Assembly: GCA_051942245.1 (NCBI GenBank)
Contig: JAVECL010000018.1
Span: 62,001 to 102,607 of the forward strand
Source of the DNA: Trypethelium eluteriae
Lineage: Eukaryota
Length of the DNA stretch: 40,607 nt
Direction: 5' to 3'
Shown here: piece after piece, positions 1 to 10,643 of the stretch
Layout: each line of letters starts with the position of its first letter
Numbering within the stretch: the stretch's first letter is position 1
Translations under genes and position numbers: made by a program
The notes under the pieces: generated by a model
What the model saw: only the letters and a program-made list of their open reading frames with translations
What the model was told of the DNA's origin: nothing
Databases searched by the model: none

Positions 1-798
1 CATGTACGAAGTCCAGTAATGCCGACTATTCACGAAATAACGCGATCCGACAAGTTCCACTGAGTTGATGTGAAAGAAGTCGAAAGGGCTATCCAGGGTT
101 CCGTTACCAAATGCAGCTTGTCCTAAGGGAGCTCTTGACGCTGTAAGTGGGATGCCAGCCTCATACGCGCTCCATCGGAAAACAGTCTGATTCGTTTTAA
201 TGTCAACCTCATAAAATAAGCCATCATAGATCCATCCGTCTTTAGGGCCATTGATCGATGTGAGGTCTGCGTTGGTGATGTTGTAGATCGTCATGAGTAT
301 TGTACCGCGGTCCGTAATATATGACTCGTGGATATCTCCGTAGCAGGAGAATGTTGTGTTGTCAGGTGCGAGCGCGTATGCTTGCGGACAGACTCGATAT
401 ATTTCGGTATAGGTTGTATCAAGGATTGAAACAAACCCGTAGCCCTGCTCGCCAATACTAGAGCCATTCCAGGCGGTCAAGACTGGCTCAGAGTCCAGAT
501 ATTGAACCCTCAAGTTTGAGTAACTTCCTGATGGACTATTCCACACCAAGTCTCCGGCATCGGTAATGATCACGGCCGCATTTTCTATCTCGTCGGTTGC
601 TGGTATGAAAGACGTTAGTAAGAGCCCAGGTGCAAGAGGAGCTCCAGACTTGTAGACATCAAAAACCGGCGGCTGAAAGGTGGGAGCTGTTTTGAACGAT
701 TGCCTCGGCCACGATCCATTGTTAGCCCGCTTGACAGGTTGACTTAGAGATATGACTCCGAAAAGGAAAAACGAAATTGTAGCGGAGAGGTAGTACAT
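1..798 (-). CDS. Secreted arylsulfotransferase (ASST-domain protein), 3' end truncated by window edge
   Basis: Not in the ORF track because its stop lies outside the window. ATG at 798 opens a frame that runs to base 1: MYYLSATISFFLFGVISLSQPVKR (signal peptide)...GDLVW...VLTAWNG...GYGFVSILDTTY...DIHESYIT...GWIYDGLFYEVDIKT...VFRWSA...PFDFFHINSV...VNSRH. These are typical fungal ASST motifs. Confidence 0.88.
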   Translation of the reverse strand, partial: MYYLSATISFFLFGVISLSQPVKRANNGSWPRQSFKTAPTFQPPVFDVYKSGAPLAPGLLLTSFIPATDEIENAAVIITDAGDLVWNSPSGSYSNLRVQYLDSEPVLTAWNGSSIGEQGYGFVSILDTTYTEIYRVCPQAYALAPDNTTFSCYGDIHESYITDRGTILMTIYNITNADLTSINGPKDGWIYDGLFYEVDIKTNQTVFRWSAYEAGIPLTASRAPLGQAAFGNGTLDSPFDFFHINSVELVGSRYFVNSRHYWTSYM

Positions 799-2231
799 GG
801 TCGGAAAGCAGAAAGAGGATCAGATTTCGAGCGAATCTATTTGTGTATCACTTGTCCTGGGAATAAATACTCAAAGGGCTGATCGATAGCAAATATAACG
901 AAGATTGTATCTGACCGACGTGCTATCAAGAATGACGGGTAGTCAACGGCATTTTGCACATTCACTTCTCCTAAAATTTGCCGCATGGAATCAACATGGT
1001 CAAGAGCAGCGACTTACAGGATCTACGAACCTCTCCGGTACTCATTTGGATATCCTGGATTGAGGTTTATCGCCGACGCGATTTGCTTTGGGAGAAGCCC
1101 CTGCTGGCGCTTGCACTTAGTCTGAGCCGGATAAATCCATGGCAAATCCTAGTTTTCAAGGAACACCTCTTTCAAGGAGTTCGAGGCATTCGCTGCACCA
1201 GGACTCTTCTCTTATCTCCTCCCAAGACAACGGGCACTTGCCGAAGAGTTGTAGGATCGGAGACCGAGATTGCGGCTTCGTGTCCCCTCACGCATGGGAC
1301 TTTCGATACACAACTGCTCGACATGGGAGGCAGCATGCACAGCAAATGCCGAAGGGAGCTCATTGTGGGTAAGCGACGACGGGAGACAATGTGATGAGAT
1401 CATCAAAGTCAACCGTGACGAGTTCAAAGACGCCGTGTCTTTATCCACCCTCGCCGCTAGAACTTGGACGATTTTTGGGCCAGTGTGGGGCGAGTTGGAA
1501 GGTGGAAGGTGAAAGGCGAAAGGTGAAAGATGTTGCATCAGATCCGCTCGGCGTATTGCACGAGACGGGTGCGAGTTTTATATGTGCAATGTAGGCCATG
1601 TAGGAAACTAGAGGTATGGCAAATAAAGGGACGAAATGGGGCAATTGTTCGAATTAGGATTAGCGGATATTGCGAATCATTGCGTGACAGTGAACCCTGC
1701 CCAGCGACACTCTCCTGCTGTTCCTTTTCACCGTGTCTAGCCTCAAGTTGCACTCTACAAGCCATTTAGAGGCATGTCCAAAGCTGCGATGGGACCGTAT
1801 GTTAGATCCATGAGCTCTTGTCCCTGAGCAATTACTATTAGAGGCCCAGAGAACCCCAAAGTATCGTACGGCAGTAAATTCCTCCGAGGCTTACCCGGCT
1901 GACCCGACTAACACCTTACCAATCTGCTGGAGTAGAGGGTCATCCGCCGCAGACTTCTGGCAAGAAAGGTGTAATGGCGCGGATCGAAAGACCAATGTCC
2001 TCTTGGCATTCAGTCGTTTTAGTAGGATTCTCATCCTCCCTTCAATGAATATCGTCTAGTCTCCTGAAGGTGAACTGATAAGCCCGTGTGGCACAGCATG
2101 AGGAAATTATAGGGTAGGATTCTATGGAGTAATCAGTACATAATTGAGGTTCCGCCAAAGGAGAAAATCTACCTGATCTAAGATTGCCCAAGAAGTCTGG
2201 AGTCCACTCTTTTTCTGATCATCTTAAGGCA

Positions 2232-3995
2232 ATGGCTTCATCTCATTCTTATCCTATCGCCATCATTGGCGGCGGTCCTGTTGGCCTCAGCTCCTCTATT
2301 CTTCTCTCTCTCCGCGGCATCCCTCATATCCTCTTTGAACGCCACTCTGACACTTCGATCCATCCCAAAGCCTGCGGTATCAACCAGCGAACTTCCGAGA
2401 TCTTCCGCACCATGGGCATCGAAGACGAGGTCTACAGGCATGCCGGGCCTCCTGAAGTCACAGGGCGGACGGCTTGGTACACGAGTCTGGGAGAAGACGG
2501 AAAGGAGATTGCGAGTCGAGATGCGTGGGGTGGCGGTCAGTATGCAGAGGAATATGAGAGTTTCAGCCCGTGTCGGTATTGTATTCTACCGCAGATCCGG
2601 CTGGAGCCGATTCTGAAGCGAAGGGCGGTAGAGTTGAATCCCGAGGGAATTCAGTACGGCGCAGCTGTAAGAGAGGTCCGCAATGAGGGACGGAATGTAA
2701 AAATTACCTCAGTCATCAACGGGGAGGAGGAGCTATTCGAAGCGTGCTTTGCCCTCATTGCTGATGGTGGAAGGATGTTCACGGATCAGTTCGGCGTAAA
2801 GTGGCTAGGCGAGAGCAATCTCTTTGATATGGTGACCGCGCACTTTCGCTCGCCGCTGCGCTCTCTCCATCCGGATCCACGCAATTTCCTTACCTGGTTT
2901 AGCAGCCCAGAAATGGGAGGCAGCACGCGGACGGGATACTTGTATCAAATCGGACCCTGGCCCTCGACAAGACCAGAAACTGACGAGTGGGTCTTTGCGT
3001 GCGGTATCATTGAATCAGACCCGGCGGAATTCGATGAAGCAACGATGTTGGAAAGGCTCCGCAAGACACTAGCAATTCCAGACCTACCGGTGGAAATGCT
3101 GAGCTTCAGTCACTGGACCGTTAACTGCCTCTACGCTGAGCAATGGCGCATTGGCAACGTCTTTCTGGTTGGTGACTCAGCTCACCGGATACCGCCGTGG
3201 GGGGCGCTGGGAATGAACAGTGGGATACAAGATGCCCAGAATCTCGTCTGGAAACTGGATTTGGCTCTCAAAGATGTAGTAAGATACAATGCGCTACTAA
3301 ATACCTACGAAACTGAGCGCTTAGATGTCGGCCGCCGTGTTGGGCTCACCAGCCTTCACAACATGCGAAGTCACAGCAGTGTCATTGATAAGGCGCTTGG
3401 TGTCAGCGCTGAGCAGTCTGCAGAGCAGAACGAAAAGGCTGCAGCGGAGTATTTTGACTCTGATCATCCGAACTACCCGGCTAAACGAGCTGCCATGGAG
3501 CGCGCGCAAAAAATCCTGGATACCGAGTTCAAGGCTCCTGGGTTTGAAGTCGGCTGGTTCTATCCTTCGGCAGATATCAATCATGAGGGAGGCAGTACTC
3601 ACGGCGGTCAACAGCTTCCAGATGGAACACTCGAGTCAGAGTTCTACTTCCAATCTACGATCCCAGGACACCATCTGCCCCACGTTTGGCTAGAGAAGAA
3701 TGGCCAGAGAATTGCCATTCGTGACCTGGTAGCCCTCAGCAAATTGACCCTCATTGTGGAAAGCCCCATTTCTGAGACTCTACTGGATGACCGTGTAGAG
3801 ATTGAGGTGATTAATGCTGCGAATTGCTTTGACACAGACGGCAAGTGGCGCAAGATATGCGGTGTCACTTTGATCGGTGGTGTTCTGGTTCGACCAGATG
3901 GCATCGTGGCGTGGCGAGGGGAACTGCACAATCTCTCTCTACCAAATTGGAAAGCATTGATAGATAAGGTGCTACACGTCACAGAAGCGATTTAG
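2232..3995 (+). CDS. FAD-dependent aromatic monooxygenase (FAD_binding_3; 2,4-dichlorophenol 6-monooxygenase/phenol hydroxylase-like), intronless
   Basis: ATG at 2232 (the track start is TTG). GGGPVG Rossmann motif, HPKACGINQRT, ADGGR, GDSAHRIPPWGALGMNSGIQDAQNL, C-terminal PGHHLPHVW and LVRPDGIVAWR. Confidence 0.93.
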   Translation: MASSHSYPIAIIGGGPVGLSSSILLSLRGIPHILFERHSDTSIHPKACGINQRTSEIFRTMGIEDEVYRHAGPPEVTGRTAWYTSLGEDGKEIASRDAWGGGQYAEEYESFSPCRYCILPQIRLEPILKRRAVELNPEGIQYGAAVREVRNEGRNVKITSVINGEEELFEACFALIADGGRMFTDQFGVKWLGESNLFDMVTAHFRSPLRSLHPDPRNFLTWFSSPEMGGSTRTGYLYQIGPWPSTRPETDEWVFACGIIESDPAEFDEATMLERLRKTLAIPDLPVEMLSFSHWTVNCLYAEQWRIGNVFLVGDSAHRIPPWGALGMNSGIQDAQNLVWKLDLALKDVVRYNALLNTYETERLDVGRRVGLTSLHNMRSHSSVIDKALGVSAEQSAEQNEKAAAEYFDSDHPNYPAKRAAMERAQKILDTEFKAPGFEVGWFYPSADINHEGGSTHGGQQLPDGTLESEFYFQSTIPGHHLPHVWLEKNGQRIAIRDLVALSKLTLIVESPISETLLDDRVEIEVINAANCFDTDGKWRKICGVTLIGGVLVRPDGIVAWRGELHNLSLPNWKALIDKVLHVTEAI

Positions 3996-4888
3996 TAGGG
4001 ATTCAAGAACAAATTACAGAAGGAGTCCATGCAATTGGTGTACTTGTTGTCGTACGTCCCTCCCCGTAGTACAGGCAATGCCGCCAAATCCGCCCCAACA
4101 CATGATACTGGAAAGAATTATCTTTCTGTTCCAGCTATCGTACTCGCTGAGATTTGAAAGACTCAAGACCACTGATAGGTACTCAAATAGATTTCGCATT
4201 ATGGATTCAATCCTCGAGTGTTACTCAGTGCAGAGCAGGCATGCGTCTCGGCTCGACATTCATTTGCCCAACTCAGTTGCGGTTCGATTCTACAGCGCAT
4301 TGGTCATGCATGCGACTTCTTCGCGCAATCGGGAACTTAATCCTAAGGTTTTATGTCACAAGGGCCGAGATTCCTGGGAATTATGCAGCTACCATACTCT
4401 CGCGTTTCTGAATCCCAGTTGCTAGAGTTGAAAGGCCGCGTTGGTTCATCGTCATGGCGGCTCGTCGCCACCCCCTCGTTGAATATCGTCTCGACCTGCT
4501 TCCCTAATTGATTGGGCGCAGACCATTCTTTGCTTTTAAGAGCCCCGCAGCCAAGCTCAATCGTGATCGACTGATATACTTAGTCGCTTTCTCATTATCT
4601 AGTCGCTAGAAAATGCCCACTATTTCAAATTCTCTCGGTACTCTGTAGCACTCGGGGCTTTTTGCCATAAACAGACATAAAAATAAAAGCAAAGCAAACA
4701 AACATTTCTTCGCACTATCACGTCATAGATGATAGAGGTCCGACTCATCAGTCCCAGTCAAGTACTACGCAGAAAGCCTGGGGGTTTTCGATCTCTAATA
4801 ATCGGACTCTTGCTGGAGCTTTTTCTTACGTGTTGCACTTCTATTGTCGCGCTTCCAACCGAAGATAATTCAATTACTACCCAAATCC

Positions 4889-6062
4889 ATGATGGCGTCT
4901 GAAGAGAGCAACAGGCCTTCATATCCACTAAGTCGAGGCTACCGATCTTCGATGAGGTTTGCATGGATCCAAAACAAAACCGTTCCCGAGCTCAAGCTGA
5001 CCTTCCTCACGAGGTTGAACTATATGCATTGGATGTTGAAAGCGATATGTGGCTATTTGCTTCACCCAAAAGTCCCACGGGGTTCTACGCAAGGTATTCG
5101 AGTCACCGATGTTGGGGCCGGCTCAGGGTAGAACACCCTTGCCAAATGTTTTCTCTCAAGCAGATCGACTGAGTGATTGCCCAAATGTAGGATCTGGCTG
5201 CTTGAACTGGCCGAGGAGCTTCCAGCTACATCCATGTTAGAGGGTTTTGATATTTCCAGCCAGCAGTATCCACCACCAGAGTGGTGGGCGAATAACGTGA
5301 GACTAATGGAGCACGATGCATTCAAGCCCTTTCCAGAGCAATACATAGGAGCTTATGATGTCGTCAATGTCCGCTTCCTCCTCACACTCATCAGAGGTCC
5401 AGAAGCAGTGCCGTTTCTTAAGAACCTTGTCACCTTGCTAAGTACGACTGCCTCTTCGAATAATTCTTTATTTCTTGAGTCGTATCTCAGTGTTTGTAGC
5501 TCGCTCGCTAAGAAAAACCCTGCTTTACAGAGCCTGGTGGATACATCCAGTGGACTGAACCCCAATTCTACTCAGTGCAGACAAAACTTTCAAACCCTGA
5601 AGCCGCTTCTGGTAATGTAGTCAGGCATCTGGAAGCACTGATGCGCAAACCTCCGTCAGGTGTTACCTACGAGTAAGTCGATTGAGTTCTCTCGATAATT
5701 TCCTAGCTACTTTTAAGCTCTAGCCTTCTCATTGGTACAAGCTGAGAGTCTACAAGTGGGTACTGCGCGCCAGATACTAATCATCAAGGAGCAGGTGGGT
5801 TGCAGAGCTTCCAAGTACTTTCGAAAAGGCTGGTCTTGAGCTGGTATGCCATGAGCTATTTCCCGTGAAAGATAGCTACAAGCTTCCCTATTGCCAAGGT
5901 CTCCTAGCGGCACTCGAGGAGACGACCGTCGACTCTCCAAACGTGTCCGCCGAAAGTGCTCAGGAAAGCTCAAAATTCATTAGCGAGCTTAGTAAAGAGT
6001 TTGCGAAGGGGGTCTACCTAGACACAAATTTTTTGTGTATGGTAGGAAGGAAGCCACATTAG
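4889..6062 (+). CDS. SAM-dependent methyltransferase (class I, LaeA/UMTA-like family), about 5 exons
   Basis: Spliced reading: MMASEES..YPLSRGYRSSMR|LNYMHW..VTDVGAGSG|IWLLELA..LEGFDIS..HDAFKPFP..YDVVNVRFL..LLK|PGGYIQWTE..TYE|WVAELPSTFEKAGL..CMVGRKPH*. Introns about 4957-5013, 5128-5190, 5442-5530 and 5673-5793. Confidence 0.85.
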
Positions 6063-7220
6063 ATAATTCATTCTAGGTCCTCAGTTGACTCGGAACATTG
6101 CTGACGATGTATGTTCTCATGCATAAAGCCAGATTTCTGATGTATCATTTTTGGGGTGTATCTTCGTCGAATGAAATAGCATCGATGCCTTTGCTCCATG
6201 AACGCAGTATAATGCATTTTCTAGTTATTTGCATAAGACTATATACTCCTCTTCATCGACTGTTCGTCAGTGCCCAGATATTGAAGCTACATTGTTTTCC
6301 CACTGGTTCCCCGGCTTAGCGTTGTAGGCTAAACGAACCATATTCGAAACCCTTTTCACTCACCAACGGTTTAGCGAAAACTTAAAATTCCTTCTGTGTG
6401 ATCTATCGTTGACAATCTCACGGCACTCACTATCAACATGTGCAGTAAGTGCATTGTCTCAGACCTCCCGTAGTTCAAGAATTAAGCACAAGCTTCCTCT
6501 CTTTTGTGCTGTTGTTTATCGACTGACGCATTCCATGATAGCAAAACAGGATCCGGCTCCCCAGATGTAGTACCGATTTGTCATAACGGCAATTCATTAC
6601 AGCATACGCTTAATGTTCGTGGAGTTCATGAGTTTGGTTGCCAATAGGGAATCAAGTTTGGGGATTTCCAGTTGATGGCTTGTGTGTAAGATGGGCGTAG
6701 GACTCAACGAGCGAGAGAGCGTTCGATGGTACTTTCATTACCAAAGGCCCGCATTGGCTCCAATAATAGCGCCTGATTTGACATAGCAGCCCCTTATATT
6801 GGATCGTTACACATTAGAATTTGGACTCCCCCTGTAAGGTCGAAGGTTCGGCTGCTTCAAAAATCGTAAGCAATCGCACTCGAGACTAGAAATTCCCGTG
6901 TCTCGTAGGGGAAGGGGCGCAATTCTGTATCCCCTTTTGAGATCAGTCATACGAAAACTACTAGTATTGTGATGCCTAATACTTGGAAAAATCTACTCAG
7001 GACGCACTTCTCGTATCGTGGCCCACCCTGTGAGCCTTCCGCCTAATTAGCTACCAACCTTTCGTTCATTCACCATTGGCCTGGGAAATTTTCAGGAGGT
7101 CTCCAATAGATCCGAGTGCAAGAGCTCGGCTATAGCTTGTGAGATCTTGCATTCCGAGCAGCAAAACCAGCATCTATATACCTGAGCCAAAAGAACTGGT
7201 GGCCGTGCTACCTTTCCAAG

Positions 7221-8201
7221 ATGAGTTCCATCAGCCATGGCCATGTTCGCAACGGAGAAACCCCCAGAAAGAACAAACCTCGAACCGTCCAATTCCGAGA
7301 CGAATCTCTTTCCGGCTCTAACGGCAATGAGGAAGCCTATAGCGGTTTCAGACGTGTACCGGTACTTCGACGTCGTCCAACTCCGCATTCCCGGAAGACA
7401 AGGTCAGCCAACAGGAACGAACACACGCATCCGCGTCCTCCGTTTAGCGTTTACAGTACAGGGAACCCATCCAGGACGAAGAATCCCCTCCAGCCGGTAC
7501 ATCAGATCATGCCGACATCGTTCAATCTACCCAAACCGGCGGTGTCTATCAACGATAGCCTCATTGATGATGAATCCTTTTCATCCTCTGAAGAGGTCTC
7601 CAGTGCTCACAGTGAGGATCTGGTCACACCGCGCGAGCTTTTCCAAATCTCAAGCACTCGACCAAACCTACTGAGTAGACTCGGAAGTCAGAGGCCGCCT
7701 TCACATGGTCCAAAAAGCGCTGGGGAAATCCTCATTCGCCCGCGCGGTCGGCCAAAGGCCGTCGCATTTGCAGATCCCAAAGCTCAGAAAGAGAGCCGGT
7801 ATAGCGCGGATGAAAGTAGCGATTCGTTGAGCGCCGTGCTGGGGAAGCCTCTGATCTTTCCGCCGACTTTCCAAGACTCGGAAGACGAGGAGTCTTTCTC
7901 GAGCGATTCTGATTCTGACTTTGATGGTGAGGCGGAAAGGGTAAGAGAAGGAGTATGTTCCAGATGGAGACCACTCCTTGACGATCTGGCAGATTTATTG
8001 GGAGGTGAGCACATGTATCGCCAAGCACATGAATTGTTGTTGTATATCGTTATAATCCATTGGGGGATGCAAGTATCAGTCGGACTGGGCCTTTTTTACC
8101 TTGTCTCTTTAGTGACGCGGTACTTTGCGGTGCTGGCAGATGCGGCTGTGGGTCTTGAATCAGTGGAATCCATGCCGTGGCATGAACATTGCTTCCATTA
8201 A
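7221..8201 (+). CDS. Hypothetical protein: Ser/Pro/acidic disordered body, RPRGRP (AT-hook-like) motif, hydrophobic C-terminus
   Basis: 326-aa ATG-started ORF with no recognisable family; C-terminal LLLYIVIIHWGMQVSVGLGLFYLVSLV is hydrophobic. Confidence 0.5.
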   Translation: MSSISHGHVRNGETPRKNKPRTVQFRDESLSGSNGNEEAYSGFRRVPVLRRRPTPHSRKTRSANRNEHTHPRPPFSVYSTGNPSRTKNPLQPVHQIMPTSFNLPKPAVSINDSLIDDESFSSSEEVSSAHSEDLVTPRELFQISSTRPNLLSRLGSQRPPSHGPKSAGEILIRPRGRPKAVAFADPKAQKESRYSADESSDSLSAVLGKPLIFPPTFQDSEDEESFSSDSDSDFDGEAERVREGVCSRWRPLLDDLADLLGGEHMYRQAHELLLYIVIIHWGMQVSVGLGLFYLVSLVTRYFAVLADAAVGLESVESMPWHEHCFH

Positions 8202-8374
8202 AAACGTAATTGAAAGTAGTCCTAAAAAGGCAGGCATGCAAACCGCTAGCTTCTCAGAATTATTGAGTTTATTGATGAATCTTCAATGGTTGTGCTTCCA
8301 TCAGCAACTGCTACTGTGGAATTGTAAGATACCTTATACCTGCGAGATCCATTCCGAATTTCAGACTCCGAATA

Positions 8375-10277
8375 CTACCCTCTCTTTATCCCAAACTTGT
8401 TTTCCACTGCTTTCCGAACGTCATCCCTTGCTCCCAAATTATCTTCGACTGCTTTCTTGAAATCATTTGTGATGGGTTGGCCATCTTGCTTCCTCCTTTC
8501 CAATTCTTGCTTTATTTCCTCAATCGCCTCGTTGACTTCCTTCTCGGGGTCGCTCGGCAGTCCAAGTACTGGCTGCGAATCCTGGCTCTGGACTCTCGAT
8601 AGTTTGGGTCTTGTACTCCGCTTTTTGATCTCGTTTTGCAGATAGGACTTGCCGGGCGATGCAAGAAATCCAAGGCACACGATGACGCCAATGACGCAGT
8701 AGAAGTACACCCGAGTCCAGACCTTGAAGCTGTTCTCAAACGAGAGAAGTATGAAGGGAGCGGTCGTGAACGCAAAAGCTACTTGGGTAATGAACCATGT
8801 TAAAATGTCGTAATAGCGTTTGCTGGACTTAGATTGAGACCCATCGGGAGTCATGAAGAAGGGCCGAAGGAGGCGACGGCCGTCTGGGAACGCTTAGCAA
8901 ATATTTACTCAACGAGGACAACTCGTAGATTCATACTCTTAGCAATGGTCTGCAGAAAGCTTGCAAGCATGAATGACATATAATATCCGGGTTCAAATCC
9001 GTGCCAAAATGCACTTGTAACAAAGGTGGCCATGCTTGCGCGAAATCCAGGTTTCTTGCCTTTGGGTGTGACTCGAAGATAGATGTAGTTGCGAAGCCAA
9101 TGATTTGTGTTGATGTTCCAGTTACCCAGAAACGCATAAGAGTTCTGCGCAAGCTCGACCCCCAGTGGTTTTATGTTTGTAAGACGGCTCCAGTCGGCTT
9201 TGCCTGTCTTTGGGTCTACGCCTTTGTAGCCGATACCGGATAGAATGCATGCGCCTTCTGTTAAGGACCACACGCCGTAGTACTTTGTACGGGCTGCCAC
9301 ACCGAGCATATGAAGGAGCCACACGCGGCGCAGAAATCCATATTTCATATAGTCGCCGCTGAGATAAAACTCTGGAGTGTAAAGTGCGCCAATCTGAAGG
9401 TAGACCAAGATCCAAACCAAACCTTGTGCGGCTTTCCACATAGCTGGGGTGCCGCTTCGAGGTATCCGCCGCTTCCCTCGAGTTGGTGGGGCCTTGCTTT
9501 TGTCAAAGCCTTCAGGAAGATCAAACATTGAGGTCTCTATCCAACGTCGGTAGTCAATAAAGTCGAATGCAGGACCAACAAGCAGCGAAGGGAAAAAGAA
9601 AACGAAGCTAGTATAGTCAAGGACGCTAGGAAGCTTCCGTAATGCTCTATCTCTCTGATAGTCAGAGAGCTGGCCGTCAGGATATTTCCCATCATGGACA
9701 TTCCACGCAAAAGCGGACAGCTTCATGATATTCACCATCTGGGCTCCAGTGATATCGATAAGGCCTGGATCTGCCACCATATGCCTGTGAATATGATTCA
9801 CCGACATGTGACCCATCAAGAAAACAAAGGCAATCCATGGCATGAAAGGACCCTCGATATAAGCTGAAATAGCAAATGTTGCTACTGCATCAACCAAAAG
9901 CGTCCGGACACCACTCCAGAGGTCGAAAAGGCCCACGAGGTAGAACAGGGACACACTAAGAAAATGAGCGAAGATTTCGACTAAGACGCGAACTTTTTAT
10001 ATACCCTATGTTGAATACATTCTTGGCCCATGGCTTTGTGTCAGGTATTCTCTTCAATAACGCCGCCAGAGGATAGGAAAGCAAAAAAGTGAAGAGAAGT
10101 TTAACTATTCAGAGATTAGACAAGGTCTGGTCCCCAAAAGGAATTGCTCACTCTCATCTGGCGAAGCACCCAGTTTCCCAGAAGCATACACGAATGCTAA
10201 GGAATGCTCGGGTCAGTTCGACACCTGATTTGACGCGGGGAGGGAGTAATCATACGCGCGTTGATATAGGGTAACAT
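8375..10277 (-). CDS. ALE1: MBOAT lysophospholipid acyltransferase, multi-exon
   Basis: Exon 1 MLPYINA (ATG 10277, donor GTATGA), then ..GASPDE..KL; DITGAQMV..MKLSAFAWNVHDG, GPAFD, RTKYYGVW, WNINTNHWLRNYIYLRV, TSAFWHGFEPGYY (catalytic His); last exon ends KFGIKRG*. Confidence 0.95.
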
Positions 10278-10643
10278 GTTGAAGCCTGAGGTTTCACGTA
10301 AAACGGGGAGGGAAGTCGTTCTCCAGGATTTTAAGAGAGGAGATGCGTTATTTTGGACGCTGAAGACAGCATCTGGATCGACAGTCAGCTGCGCCAAGTC
10401 ACATTCGAAGTCATGGTTGTGTTGAGGCACCTTGCATCCATAAGACTTTCCTGGCGCGTGCAACTGCGGCGGCGTAAAAGGTCGCAAGCAAGCGACGAGG
10501 ATGAGGTCACCTTGCATTTCCCTCTGCTGCATCTAGAGCTACTCTAGCTTCGGCAAATCTGTTCTTCCAGCATCCGAAAATCTGCAAAAAGTCACGACTA
10601 CAACGCGATCGAATGCTACTTGTGCTTGCTACGTCGCTTCATC

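Noticed and set aside
978..1769. Several short overlapping ORFs
   Set aside because: No motifs and mostly non-ATG starts; they lie in the ASST/monooxygenase divergent promoter.
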